Of a stretch of DNA of 64,000 nucleotides, positions 17,570 through 28,470 are shown piece by piece (positions within the stretch are counted from its first letter, which is position 1; each line of letters starts with the position of its first letter). The DNA lies in the NCBI GenBank assembly GCA_963666285.1, contig OY762711.1; one strand, 5' to 3'. The notes beneath the pieces were generated by a model. It was not told the DNA's origin. It saw nothing but the letters and a program-made list of their open reading frames with translations, and ran no database searches. This DNA comes from Sedimentisphaerales bacterium. Its GTDB lineage: Bacteria; Planctomycetota; Phycisphaerae; Sedimentisphaerales; SM23-30. Position numbers and translations under genes: made by a program.

Positions 17570-19387
17570 GAGTCTGTCCGTAGTTGTAAGTTTATTTTTT
17601 TGAGATAGTTACGCTGTAATTTTAGAATTATAGGGGGCGTTTTTGTTGAAAAGCAATAAAATAGGTGTGTTATAAAATGGTCTTGCAAATCATTTTACCT
17701 TAAAAAAGGAGCCACACCTATGTTAGAGATTTTACCAGTTCAGCAGTTATTTGACAAAGATATTCCACTGGAATTTGGCAATTTTGAATATCGTCAGGAA
17801 CGCCAGTTCCTGATCGACATTGATCGGATAGTTGAAGCCGGCGGTATTGAGACTTTATTCATCCAGTATTTTCTCAATAGATCCTATGTTGAAAAGACCA
17901 TAGAATATTTTGGTACCGGCAAAGCTGTCAGGTTAACGCATTACGATCGTCTTAATATCCATATTGAAGCTATTATGGCATTGAGGATATCCATTCTTCG
18001 CAAGCGTCTAAACTTATCTTTGCGTAAATTTTCTTTGGCATTATCGCATAGTGACCTCTATCAATGGTTTTGCGGCATAAATCGCTTTGAAGTCCCTCGA
18101 ATACCCGGTAAAACCCGTATAAATGATCTGGAAAATGCCATATCTCCTTATTTGATCGACCAGGTAGAAAGAATGCTATTTGCAGAGGTACAGAATGATT
18201 CAATTATATTGGAACCTTTGGATTTTAGTCAGGCATATTTCGACTGCACCTGCATAGACGCTAACATACACTATCCGGTAGATTGGTTATTATTAAGAGA
18301 TTCTACTCGTACATTGATGAAAGCTGTAGCTCGTATTCGCAAAGCTGGTATATTATGTCGCATGCCCTTTGAGCCATCTGGATTTATCTCGAAGATGAAT
18401 AAGCTTTGCATGGAAATGACATTTGCTCAACGTATAAAAGGGGCTAAAAAGCAGCGTAAGAATATTTTAAGGAAGATGAAACGTCTGGTTAGACGTGTAT
18501 CAAAACATTCGAATAATCACTTGGAAAAGCTGGAAAACAACTGGAAAACGGCAGATATTACCTTTGGTAATGTTCAGCAGATAATCAAACAGATTACCGG
18601 AGTTATAAGTAAACTTGCTGATGCAGTAAAACAAGCTCATGAACGCATAATCGGAAACCGCAGGGTTGACAATAAAGATAAGATATTGAGTATATACGAA
18701 CCTGATGTCAATGTGATAGTTCGCCGCAAATCCGGAGCTGAGACTGAGTTTGGCAATAAGCTGTATCTAGCAGAACAACCTGACGGTTTGATCGTCGCCT
18801 GGAAGTATTATCGCGATCAGACACCTGCCGATAAAACAATGCTTGAGTCTGGTCATAAACGTATTAAGGATAAGCTTGGCTGTAAAGTCAATCTGCTGGC
18901 AGGTGACCGTGGTTTTGATAGTGCAAAGAATCGCCAATACATGAAGAAAAATGACATATTCAATGCGGTTTGTCCATGTGATCCGGCATTGCTGGCAGAA
19001 AGGCTTCAGGAAGATGCTTTCAGGCAGGCTCAAATAAGACGCAGTCAGACAGAAGCAAGAATCAGTATTTTGAGTAATTGTTTTTGTGGTTCGCCTATGA
19101 AACAGAAGGGTTTTGATAACCGTGAAGTCCACATGGGATTAAGTATCTTGTCTCATAATCTCTGGGTTCTGGCCAGAATAAAACTTGCCCAGGAAAAAGA
19201 ACGGGGAAAAGTGGCTTAAACTGGATTCTATTTGATAATTCCATAGAAATACTGCGCGCTGAAACCGACAAATCTGTCAAGTACACCAGCAAAATACACA
19301 TTGCCTGTGTAATTACAGCCAAAAACATCACCGGAAACCATGCCGAAAATACTATCTATTCAAAAATCATAATTTGCGGACAAGCTC
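17570..19387 (+). mobile_element. Insertion sequence, IS5-like, 1818 bp
   Basis: Imperfect terminal inverted repeats GAGTCTGTCCGTAGTT / AATTTGCGGACAAGCTC; TAATTA on both flanks (17564-17569, 19388-19393); single transposase. Confidence 0.88.
17720..19219 (+). CDS. DDE transposase (IS5-like)
   Basis: FDCTCIDANIHYPVD, KILSIYEPDV, TEFGNK, AGDRGF, RRSQTEARIS. Confidence 0.9.
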   Translation: MLEILPVQQLFDKDIPLEFGNFEYRQERQFLIDIDRIVEAGGIETLFIQYFLNRSYVEKTIEYFGTGKAVRLTHYDRLNIHIEAIMALRISILRKRLNLSLRKFSLALSHSDLYQWFCGINRFEVPRIPGKTRINDLENAISPYLIDQVERMLFAEVQNDSIILEPLDFSQAYFDCTCIDANIHYPVDWLLLRDSTRTLMKAVARIRKAGILCRMPFEPSGFISKMNKLCMEMTFAQRIKGAKKQRKNILRKMKRLVRRVSKHSNNHLEKLENNWKTADITFGNVQQIIKQITGVISKLADAVKQAHERIIGNRRVDNKDKILSIYEPDVNVIVRRKSGAETEFGNKLYLAEQPDGLIVAWKYYRDQTPADKTMLESGHKRIKDKLGCKVNLLAGDRGFDSAKNRQYMKKNDIFNAVCPCDPALLAERLQEDAFRQAQIRRSQTEARISILSNCFCGSPMKQKGFDNREVHMGLSILSHNLWVLARIKLAQEKERGKVA

Positions 19388-19601
19388 TAATTATAACATT
19401 TCCCATAGGATAAGTTAACTTTTCTTTAACATCTGATTCCCTGTCTATTTTACACATTTTGCATGTATGCAAGGTTGTGGTCCAATAATATTTGTTATAT
19501 CAGTAATTGTCAATATATCTTAACATTTTTATTTTAATGTTAGTTAAAATTTTGTCGATAAGTCAGGTAAGAAGGGTGTATATATATTAAAATTTATTTA
19601 T

Positions 19602-21161
19602 ATGCGCATGAAAAAGTATAAGTCTAAAGGTTTTGCATCAATTGCAGCATTGATACTAGTAGTTATTTTTACGATACTTGCCTGCGAATTTCTCATTTCA
19701 AGCAGAATAAGCATGGAGACAGCTGTTAATCATCGCAATATGTCCAGTGCCCAGGCTGCGGCAGAGTCTGGACTGAACTATGCACATTTCCTTATATGTG
19801 ATTATCTCAATATGTCTGCCGTCAAAACGTTTAATCAGACCTTATCTTATGTAGATAGTAATAATGCATTTGAAGCCCTAGCAGATTATTTACAAACAAA
19901 AATGACCTATTCGCCTTTGCTGGATACTAAAACCATTGATCCACTAGGTGAATTCCAGGATCAATATGGTTATGGCATGCAAATAATAATTCCAGCAATA
20001 ACTTTTTTGGGTGACGAAGATTATTCCAGTTCACCATCCAGTTTTAGTCTCAAGTTTAGACTTTATGCATTAGATATGCAGAACCTGGTAATTATGAGTA
20101 CCGGTCAGTCAGAAGACCTTACAAGAACAGTAGAGGTGAGCTACTCGATGTCCAGAGACCAGAGTATTCTCGATTATACTATTGCCAGCCGCAGCAGGAT
20201 AATTATTACCGGAGATTCCACAATCGAAGGCGGCATTTTTTCTGAGTGGGAAGACCATAACCTGGCAGCGCCGATATCGCTTGCCGGAGACTCTACAATT
20301 AATGGTGATATAAACACTATTCTTTCAGAGACTAATTATGACCAAAGTGTTCTTCAGGGAGCATTTGAAGAGATAATCTACGATCAGCCAAAGATCGTCT
20401 GGCCGACAATAGATGATTTTGATACCAGCTGGTATGAGGATCAGACTAGTACACTTTCCGTTGGATTGAAGTCTTATAAGACAAAGGAATATTATCCGCA
20501 TGCTCCGGGTGATTATACTTTACCTTATGATGCTTCCAGTGCAGAATTGAATCGCACAGTTTATGAAAATAAGGTATTAGATGATATTCTTTTGCCTAGC
20601 GGGAGCAATGCATTGTTTATAAATTGTACTTTTAAGGGTGTAATGTTTGTCAAGGGCGGTATTGGAGTGAATAATATCCGCTTTGAAGATTGCACCTTTG
20701 AAGGTGTTATTGCAACGGGTGAAACACCCAAATTCGATGAAGAGACCTGGAAAAAGAATCTTCTATACTTTACGGGCAGTACTATGTTTAGCAATCAATT
20801 TATGGAAGATATAACTATTCTGGCGCCGAATTATAATATCAATATTGGCAATACTCATGTAGAAGAAGACGGCTCGTCAACCACTATCACAGGAATGGTA
20901 CTGGGTGGTGTGGTTGACCTTAGAGGCAATATTAACCTGCAGGGAACCATAATATCAATGGGTGAAGTATCTGAAGAATTATTTGGCTCAGATGCTGACC
21001 AGGTTGCAACTAATATTGGTTTTTCAGATGAGAGTCCGGAAGCCGGCGGAGATCCAGCAGGAACTATTGATGTTATTCCTCCGGAAAATAACAATCTGCC
21101 TATTGGTTTTGCTACGAGGATAATGTTTAATAGAGAAGCGAATAGTTATGTAGAGCGCTAA
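19602..21161 (+). CDS. PilX-N-terminal-domain protein (minor pilin / pilus assembly-like)
   Basis: KGFASIAALILVVIF TM segment, AQAAAESGLNYA, IMSTGQS...RTVEV; beta-helical C-terminus. Confidence 0.7.
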   Translation: MRMKKYKSKGFASIAALILVVIFTILACEFLISSRISMETAVNHRNMSSAQAAAESGLNYAHFLICDYLNMSAVKTFNQTLSYVDSNNAFEALADYLQTKMTYSPLLDTKTIDPLGEFQDQYGYGMQIIIPAITFLGDEDYSSSPSSFSLKFRLYALDMQNLVIMSTGQSEDLTRTVEVSYSMSRDQSILDYTIASRSRIIITGDSTIEGGIFSEWEDHNLAAPISLAGDSTINGDINTILSETNYDQSVLQGAFEEIIYDQPKIVWPTIDDFDTSWYEDQTSTLSVGLKSYKTKEYYPHAPGDYTLPYDASSAELNRTVYENKVLDDILLPSGSNALFINCTFKGVMFVKGGIGVNNIRFEDCTFEGVIATGETPKFDEETWKKNLLYFTGSTMFSNQFMEDITILAPNYNINIGNTHVEEDGSSTTITGMVLGGVVDLRGNINLQGTIISMGEVSEELFGSDADQVATNIGFSDESPEAGGDPAGTIDVIPPENNNLPIGFATRIMFNREANSYVER

Positions 21162-21163
21162 AG

Positions 21164-21898
21164 CTAAATACTTTTTATCAATTCCGGCAGTTCAGAGAGA
21201 TGATTGACTTTTAGTGTGTCAGCGGGAAACTTTTTGTGGTGGTTTGTTATACCAAGTTTGATGATACCCTTCATGTCTAACTGTGCCGGCCCTTGTACGT
21301 CTTCTTTATATCTGTCGCCGACCATTACAGTCTCGCTACCTTCCAGGTTGAGTGCCTGCAGTGCTTTTTCGTAAATCCGTACATCTGGTTTGCGGCATAT
21401 GGTATCGCAAGAGTAAATCCTGACGTCAAAGAGTTCGGTCAGGTTATATTCGTCAAGATGGTCTTCCAGTATTTTCCCAGGTACAAAAGTGTTTGAAATA
21501 ATTCCAAGTTTTAGCCCCAGTTCGTTTTTCAGCGTAAGCATTGTATTTCTGATGTCAGGCTCAACAGTTGCAGCATTTCTAAGCGGTTCATACCATTTGC
21601 CACAGAGTCTCATGAGCTGCTTGGGGCCGAGTGTAACTCCCAGTCTCCATGCTTTTCGCCTAAGAATTCTGGGGCAGTCAAATTCTTTCATTGTAAAATG
21701 TGCAAATGCGTAATGCATTCTGATACTTAGGCTATGGCTGAACCAATACCAGATATATGGACATGGGCTATGGCCGCCGTTATAACGTTTCAGCAGCTCA
21801 AAGCTTGATTTGGCGCCGTCTTCAAATATTTTACCGGAATTAAATCTTCCATAGTTGAAAACTGTGTCGCCCAGGTCAAATATTGCAGCTTTAATCAA
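21164..21898 (-). CDS. HAD-superfamily hydrolase
   Basis: IFDLGDT, IISNT, RKPD, MVGDRYKEDV. Confidence 0.9.
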   Translation of the reverse strand: MIKAAIFDLGDTVFNYGRFNSGKIFEDGAKSSFELLKRYNGGHSPCPYIWYWFSHSLSIRMHYAFAHFTMKEFDCPRILRRKAWRLGVTLGPKQLMRLCGKWYEPLRNAATVEPDIRNTMLTLKNELGLKLGIISNTFVPGKILEDHLDEYNLTELFDVRIYSCDTICRKPDVRIYEKALQALNLEGSETVMVGDRYKEDVQGPAQLDMKGIIKLGITNHHKKFPADTLKVNHLSELPELIKSI

Positions 21899-21942
21899 AA
21901 TAGTAATAAGTTTAGCTGTAAGTAAATATTCTAAGTATAAAT

Positions 21943-21983
21943 AAAAAACGTGAGTCCCGATAAGTAGACGGGACGTACACGTT
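21943..21983 (-). terminator. Intrinsic terminator after aspS
   Basis: Minus strand AACGUG..GUCCCG / CGGGAC..CACGUU plus U run. Confidence 0.6.
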
Positions 21984-22055
21984 ATTTATTTTTCCAGTTT
22001 TTAACTTGTTAGTGCGGTAAGGGTGTCTTCTATAAAGACTGATTTAGCTTAGTCT

Positions 22056-23852
22056 CTAAGCTTTTGGCCCTTTCTGGACAATGCTGATATGCAATTCGTC
22101 CAGCTGTTTCTGCTCTACGCCGGCAGGAGCATCAGTCATAAGGCACTGGCCTCTTTGGGTCTTCGGAAACGCGATAACGTCACGAATGTTATCTGTCCCG
22201 CAGAGCAGCATAGTAACGCGGTCAAGCCCCCATGCGATACCGCCATGAGGAGGAGCGCCATATTTCAGAGCGTCCAGGAAGAAGCCAAATCGTTCTTTAG
22301 CCATTTCGTCAGTTATTCCTAGCAACTTAAATACTTTTGCCTGAACTTCCGGCTGATGTATACGAATAGAGCCGCCGGCAACTTCGTTACCGTTCAGTAC
22401 CAGGTCATAAGCCTGTGAGTTTATGTTGCCCGGGTCTGTATCAAGTTTTTCCAGGTCTTCTGCGGTAGGTGCGGTAAATGGATGATGCAGGCAGTCCCAT
22501 CGTTTTTCGTCTTCATTCCAGGCGAATGCCGGGAAGTCAACAACCCAGACAAACTGGTAATCATCCTGGCGTGCAAGGCCAAGGTCTTCACCGAGTTTAC
22601 ATCGCAGGGCAGCAAGAGCTTTGTTTGTAGTATCTTCGGTATCAGCAACCATAAGTATCAGATCATTTGGTTTTGCTCCGAATTTTTCAATAATCGCTTG
22701 TTTTTGCTCATCAGAGAAGAACTTAGCAATGCTGCTGTTTAGCTCGGCACCGGTCTTAGTATCGGCTTCCACTACCTTAAACCATGCCAGGCCCTTTGCA
22801 CCATAGTTACCGACAAAATCAGTAAGAGTTTTTTCGATATCACTTCTAGAATAAGATGCGGCACCTTCTGCACACAGCCCTTTTATGATTCCACCGTTTT
22901 TGGCAACTGATGCAAATACTTTAAACTCGCTTTCGGCTCCAATATCGGTAATGTTTTGCAGTTTCATGTCGAAACGCAGATCAGGCCGGTCTATTCCGTA
23001 ATCGTCCATGCATTCCTTAAAGCTCATTCGTCGAATAGGAGTTGGAATGTGGACGCCCAGTACCTCTTTGAAGACTTCTGTAAAGCACTTTTCGGTAATA
23101 TCCATGACATCGTCCTGGTCAACAAAGCTCATTTCAACGTCAACCTGAGTAAATTCAGCCTGACGGTCAGCACGCGGATCTTCATCACGGAAACAGCGGG
23201 CAATCTGGAAATATTTGTCCATGCCGGCAACCATTAGCACCTGTTTGAATAGCTGAGGTGATTGCGGCAGGGCGTAGAATGCACCTTCTGTCAGTCGGCT
23301 AGGTACCAGGTAATCGCGAGCACCTTCCGGGGTGCTTTTGCCAAGAATCGGAGTTTCGATTTCAAAGAAACCATTATCCTGTTTCAACTGCCGAACAATT
23401 CTTGTAACCTGATTGCGAACACGCATAATTTCTTTCATGCGATCACGACGCAGGTCGATGTATCGGTATTTTAATCGAGTTTCTTCGTTAACTTTATCAG
23501 CATTATCAATTTCAAAAGGAGGAGTTACTGCTTTATTTAGAACTTCAAGTGCGGATACTTCTATTTCTATTTCACCGGTTACAAGTTTTGGGTTAGCCAG
23601 TCCTTCACCTCTGGCAATGACCTTGCCTTTGACCGCGATTACCCATTCATCACGAATTGTGCGAGCTAGTTCGTGTATGTCTGGGCAAGTTTCAGGATGA
23701 AAAACAACCTGGGTAATACCTTCTCGGTCGCGAAGGTCAATGAAGACTACTCCACCGTGATCACGATATGAGCGCACCCAACCGTTCAGAATAACATCTT
23801 CGCCTATATTTGTATGCCGAAGCTCTCCGCAGTTATGAGTCCTTTTAAGCAT
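22056..23852 (-). CDS. aspS: Aspartate--tRNA ligase
   Basis: RTHNCGEL, RDHGGVVFIDLRD, LPQSPQLFKQ, GAPPHGGIAWGLDR. Confidence 0.98.
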   Translation of the reverse strand: MLKRTHNCGELRHTNIGEDVILNGWVRSYRDHGGVVFIDLRDREGITQVVFHPETCPDIHELARTIRDEWVIAVKGKVIARGEGLANPKLVTGEIEIEVSALEVLNKAVTPPFEIDNADKVNEETRLKYRYIDLRRDRMKEIMRVRNQVTRIVRQLKQDNGFFEIETPILGKSTPEGARDYLVPSRLTEGAFYALPQSPQLFKQVLMVAGMDKYFQIARCFRDEDPRADRQAEFTQVDVEMSFVDQDDVMDITEKCFTEVFKEVLGVHIPTPIRRMSFKECMDDYGIDRPDLRFDMKLQNITDIGAESEFKVFASVAKNGGIIKGLCAEGAASYSRSDIEKTLTDFVGNYGAKGLAWFKVVEADTKTGAELNSSIAKFFSDEQKQAIIEKFGAKPNDLILMVADTEDTTNKALAALRCKLGEDLGLARQDDYQFVWVVDFPAFAWNEDEKRWDCLHHPFTAPTAEDLEKLDTDPGNINSQAYDLVLNGNEVAGGSIRIHQPEVQAKVFKLLGITDEMAKERFGFFLDALKYGAPPHGGIAWGLDRVTMLLCGTDNIRDVIAFPKTQRGQCLMTDAPAGVEQKQLDELHISIVQKGPKA

Positions 23853-24301
23853 GATAATTAGATATCCTTTTGTTTGTTACATAAGTTTATAAATAGCATA
23901 GTCTTACACCTTGTAGCGGCAGTTGTTCTGTCGATATGGGTATAGAGCCATAATTATAACTCTAAAGTCCCTTCAGGTCAATAACTTGCCATAATGGTGA
24001 TTTTGATTCATGGCATAAATAATTATATGATAAATGGATTTACCGACAATTTTTAAAGTGTTTAGCACCATAAATATATATTTTTACCTCAGAATGGCGA
24101 TGTAATTGCCGATTATAAATAGCGTTAGCACCTGTATATACGTTGTTAACTGCGAAGTAGACAGGTGATAATAAGGTAATTGATATTTTAAGTGTATATT
24201 ATAGCAAATCTTATCAATTATTCTTGAGATCTATAGTTGACTATATTACAATTATTGTTCACTATAAGGCAGTAGTTAGGTTTTAATATAAGGAATAAGC
24301 T

Positions 24302-25612
24302 ATGAAGGTATCAGTAGTAGGCGTAGGTTATGTGGGTTTGGTAGCAGCAGCTTGTCTTGCAGATGGTGGAAACCATGTCATATGCGTTGATAAAGATCAA
24401 AAGAAGATTGATAATCTGCTTCAGGGCATAATACCCATATATGAACCAGGACTTACTGAAGTTGTGAAAAGAAATGTCGAAGCCGGTCGTTTGCGATTTA
24501 CCACAGATTTAAACGAAGGTGTTGACAATTCTTTACTGGTTTTCCTGGCAGTGGGCACACCATCAGCGGATGATGGTTCGGCTGACATTTCAGCGGTACT
24601 GAATGTTGCAGAAGAGGTTGCCAAGTGCATGGACGGTTATCGTATTATCGTAACCAAGAGTACTGTTCCTGTTGGTACACATCGTAAAGTATCTGACGTA
24701 ATGCTTAAGCATACAAGTCAGCCATTTGATTATGTAAGCAATCCTGAATTTCTTAAGGAAGGTACTGCGGTTGATGATTTTATGAAGCCAGACAGGGTAA
24801 TTATTGGTACTACCAATCCTGCTGTAATGGAGATAATGAAACAACTATATTCGCCTTTCATGCGTAAAAATTCTCGCATGCTGTTTATGGACCCAGCATC
24901 AGCCGAAATGGCCAAATATGCTGCAAATTCTATGCTGGCTACCCGTATTTCATTTATGAATGAAATATCACAGCTATGTGATAAATTTGGTGCTGATGTT
25001 GAGATGGTTCGCCGAGGAGTAGGCAGTGACAATCGAATTGGAAACTCTTTTCTGTTTCCATCTGTTGGCTACGGTGGAAGCTGTTTTCCAAAGGATGTTA
25101 AGGCATTAATCTTTATGGGTAGTGAGCAGGGAATGGATATGACTATTGCCAGGTCTGTTCAGGAAGCAAACTATCGCCAGCAGGATGTTTTTGCTGATAA
25201 AATTTTGAATTACTTTGCAGGGAAAAGTGACGATGTTACACTGGCTGTCTGGGGATTGGCGTTTAAGGCTAAGACCGATGATGTACGTGAATCGCCGGCA
25301 CTAAGATGTATCAGGAAATTTATAGATAATGGCGGTTTCAAGGTTAAGGCATATGACCCAGAAGCTGCGAGTAATGCATTTGCGGAACTTGACGGCAAGA
25401 TAGAAATAAGTGATGATAGTTACGGCATAATTGATGGTGCCGATGCGCTGGTGATATTTACCGAATGGCAGGAATTTCGCAATCCTGATTTTGAGGATAT
25501 TGCCAAGCGGCTTAAGAATCCGGTTTTATTTGACGGTCGTAACCTTTACGATCCGCAGTTTATCAAGAAGCAGGGTATTGAGTATCATTGTATTGGAAGA
25601 CCAACTGCTTAA
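24302..25612 (+). CDS. ugd: UDP-glucose 6-dehydrogenase
   Basis: GVGYVG, KSTVPVGT, NPEFLKEG, GYGGSCFPKD. Confidence 0.95.
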   Translation: MKVSVVGVGYVGLVAAACLADGGNHVICVDKDQKKIDNLLQGIIPIYEPGLTEVVKRNVEAGRLRFTTDLNEGVDNSLLVFLAVGTPSADDGSADISAVLNVAEEVAKCMDGYRIIVTKSTVPVGTHRKVSDVMLKHTSQPFDYVSNPEFLKEGTAVDDFMKPDRVIIGTTNPAVMEIMKQLYSPFMRKNSRMLFMDPASAEMAKYAANSMLATRISFMNEISQLCDKFGADVEMVRRGVGSDNRIGNSFLFPSVGYGGSCFPKDVKALIFMGSEQGMDMTIARSVQEANYRQQDVFADKILNYFAGKSDDVTLAVWGLAFKAKTDDVRESPALRCIRKFIDNGGFKVKAYDPEAASNAFAELDGKIEISDDSYGIIDGADALVIFTEWQEFRNPDFEDIAKRLKNPVLFDGRNLYDPQFIKKQGIEYHCIGRPTA

Positions 25613-25634
25613 AAAACTATGAACTAGTTATTAT

Positions 25635-25678
25635 AAAAGACCTGGCAATCCTAATATCAGGATTATCCAGGTCTTTTT
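25635..25678. terminator. Bidirectional terminator between ugd and the glmU-like gene
   Basis: AAAAGACCTGG...CCAGGTCTTTT between convergent genes. Confidence 0.75.
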
Positions 25679-25739
25679 ATTTTTCGACATGAAATAGCAT
25701 AGCTGATACAAGTTATAGCTATTATTTCTAATTCCTGTT

Positions 25740-26804
25740 CTATTCGGTTTTATCTTTTTTCAGCACCTCGCCAGGTAGCGTATAGGTTCCAGGCCACATT
25801 TTACGACCGGGATAGATAAGAGTTCCAATTCCGGTGTGTACATTAGCACCAATAAAAGCACCTAGTTTGCGTCTGCCAGAATCAATTTTCTGTCCATTGA
25901 TGATGGTAGTGTGATTTCCACCGTCATGACGATAATCAGCTGTGATAGTACCGGCACCGAAGTTTCCTCCTTCGCCGATAACAGAGTGAGCTGCATAGCT
26001 ATTATGCTTAGAGGTGAAATTGTCCTCAAGCAAGACATCGTACATTTCCATTCTGCCAGCCTGGACACCTTTGCCAATTATGGTATCTTTCCTAATATAG
26101 GCAAAAGGACCTATAGTACAGTCTTTATCGATGAATACGGGGCCTTCAATATAGGTGTTACTTTTGACAAGTGTGTCACGGCCAATAAATACCGGACCTT
26201 TTATTGTGACATTAGATTCGACCTCCCCGAGTATAGTCTGGCCCTGTAGTCTCCTGACAAGTTCAACATTTGCCTCAAGGTAGTTCCACGGATAAGTCAA
26301 AGGCAGCCAATAATCGGTTACTTCTACAGGCTGCATGGTTCCGGCTACTTCTTTAAGTAATTTGCCACTTGTTACACTTTCGAGCATTTCTGCCGTCATA
26401 TTCAGCATGCAGCATCCCTGGCTGTCTTGAGTCATTCTTCCACCAGGCTGTGCCATCAGTAATTCGACATCAATAGGAGAAAAAACAGATTCACATATAA
26501 AGAATATAAAACCAGCTTCTCCTGAGAGTTTGTCTTTTACTGTTTTAAAGCAGTCTTCCAAGGAAGTAGAAGGTTCAACCTGAATATATGTTATAGGAGT
26601 TTCGTAATAGCTGCTGCCAAGCTGTTCTTCTAGTTTATCTCCTTCAAAACCTTTAAGTATTATGAATTCTTCAACTTTACCAAAAGTGCTAAGATTATGT
26701 TTTATAACCGATTTGTTCAAAGCCTTTAGTAAAGCAGCCGGTTTATTGACGGTATGCGGATGGCATTCAATACTTTTACCCGCGGCATGGCATACTACTT
26801 TCAT
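25740..26804 (-). CDS. Archaeal-type GlmU-like sugar-1-phosphate acetyltransferase with a degenerate nucleotidyltransferase domain
   Basis: Hexapeptide LbH region with NFGAGTITA and SGRRKLGAFIG; directly downstream of glmM. Confidence 0.75.
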   Translation of the reverse strand: MKVVCHAAGKSIECHPHTVNKPAALLKALNKSVIKHNLSTFGKVEEFIILKGFEGDKLEEQLGSSYYETPITYIQVEPSTSLEDCFKTVKDKLSGEAGFIFFICESVFSPIDVELLMAQPGGRMTQDSQGCCMLNMTAEMLESVTSGKLLKEVAGTMQPVEVTDYWLPLTYPWNYLEANVELVRRLQGQTILGEVESNVTIKGPVFIGRDTLVKSNTYIEGPVFIDKDCTIGPFAYIRKDTIIGKGVQAGRMEMYDVLLEDNFTSKHNSYAAHSVIGEGGNFGAGTITADYRHDGGNHTTIINGQKIDSGRRKLGAFIGANVHTGIGTLIYPGRKMWPGTYTLPGEVLKKDKTE

Positions 26805-26840
26805 GTTATGTACCTCACAATTTCAATACAAGCCTTGTTG

Positions 26841-28178
26841 TTATTTGAATAATTTTTTCACTTGTTCGTTATATTCTTTTAATTTCGCTTCGTCTGGTCC
26901 TTCCAGCATAATTCTGCAAACGTTCTGTGTGCCGGAATAGCGTACCAGGAGTCTGCCGCTATCGCCCAGTTCTGCTTCAATTTTTGCAGCGAGGTTCTGA
27001 TATCCTGGTATTTTATCGAGAGGCAGTTTCTCTGAAACTTCAACCTTGTCGAGTACCTGTGGATAAAGGGTAAAAGCTTTGTCTAGTTCGGATAACTTTT
27101 TCCCGCTGTTTTTTACCATCCTGGCGAAATGTATTGCCGAAAGAATACCATCTCCGGTAGTATTATATTTTGTCAGGATGATATGTCCTGATTTTTCGCC
27201 ACCAACAGAATATCCTTTTTTTATCATTTCCTGTATAACATACCGGTCGCCATTGTCGACCCTGGCAGTTTTAATACCGTTTTCTTTCAGTTTTGCGTCA
27301 AGTGCAAGATTAGTATAGTGAGTTACAACGACTGTATCGCCGTCCAGTTTACTGTCAGCTTTATGTGCCATAGCCAGCAAGTAAATTGTAATATCACCAT
27401 CAACAACATCGCCTTTGTCATTTATCATGATCAGGCGATCCGCATCACCGTCAAATGTAACTCCGAAATCAGCCTTATGTTGCGTGACCAGCGGTCCGGT
27501 GTTTTCCGGGTGCATAGCACCGCATCCTTCATTTATATTCAAACCGTTTGGTATATTATTTACAACAACGACTTCAGCGCCAAGTTTTTCTAAAACTTTT
27601 GGTGCAATTTTATAAGCTGCTCCGTTGGCGCAATCAACAACTATTTTCAAACCATTAAGACAATTAGTTTCGACTCCTGAAACCAGGGAATCTATAAACA
27701 TGTCATCGCAATCAATTCTTTCTACAGACCCAACATCGCTACCGGTGATATTGGATGTATCCATAGGATCGTTAAATATTAAGTTTTCAATTTCCAGTTC
27801 AACTTCATCTGGAAGTTTGAACCCGTTACCTGAAAAAAGTTTAATTCCATTATCTTCTGCCGGATTATGGGATGCGGTTATTACAACACCTCCATCAGCA
27901 TTAAGTTTTTTGGCAATAACAGCAACGGCAGGGGTGGGAACAACTCCTATCACTTTCACGTCTGCTCCCATTGATGTCAGACCAGCTATCAGAGCAGATT
28001 CCAGTATTTCACCAGAGATACGTGTGTCACGTCCAATAACAAAAAGTGGTCTTGATTTCTGTCCACGGAAATATTTTGCTGCAGCCTGACCAATTTTCAT
28101 AGCAGTTTCAACATCAAGAGGTTTGGTATTTGCCAGTCCTCGTACGCCATCTGTCCCAAATAGCTTTCTTTCAGACAT
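26841..28178 (-). CDS. glmM: Phosphoglucosamine mutase
   Basis: LFGTDGVRG, TASHNP, DGDADR, RYSGT. Confidence 0.95.
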   Translation of the reverse strand: MSERKLFGTDGVRGLANTKPLDVETAMKIGQAAAKYFRGQKSRPLFVIGRDTRISGEILESALIAGLTSMGADVKVIGVVPTPAVAVIAKKLNADGGVVITASHNPAEDNGIKLFSGNGFKLPDEVELEIENLIFNDPMDTSNITGSDVGSVERIDCDDMFIDSLVSGVETNCLNGLKIVVDCANGAAYKIAPKVLEKLGAEVVVVNNIPNGLNINEGCGAMHPENTGPLVTQHKADFGVTFDGDADRLIMINDKGDVVDGDITIYLLAMAHKADSKLDGDTVVVTHYTNLALDAKLKENGIKTARVDNGDRYVIQEMIKKGYSVGGEKSGHIILTKYNTTGDGILSAIHFARMVKNSGKKLSELDKAFTLYPQVLDKVEVSEKLPLDKIPGYQNLAAKIEAELGDSGRLLVRYSGTQNVCRIMLEGPDEAKLKEYNEQVKKLFK

Positions 28179-28470
28179 TTATAAATCCTTGTTAATGTTA
28201 TGTAAATGTATCTATATATTTTCTAATAACTTATCGTCATTTAGTGTCTGTAAGTATAGCAAATTCCACCAAGTTAGTCCAATAGATACATAGTAAATGA
28301 GTAAATGCACTATAGCATGATATATGCTACTATATTGCCCTAGTATATGCTGTTAATAGCGTATCTGGCAATAAGTTTGCCCGGATTATTCATTTGTTGT
28401 TCGGCTTATGTATTTGAACGTTACTATTTCATTGATAAAAGTATATAAATCAGGTTATAATAATAATTCT

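Noticed and set aside
28300..28375. Hairpins between glmM and holB as a glmS-like ribozyme or regulatory RNA
   Set aside because: AT-rich, single copy, no recognisable consensus; may be chance or promoter sequence.
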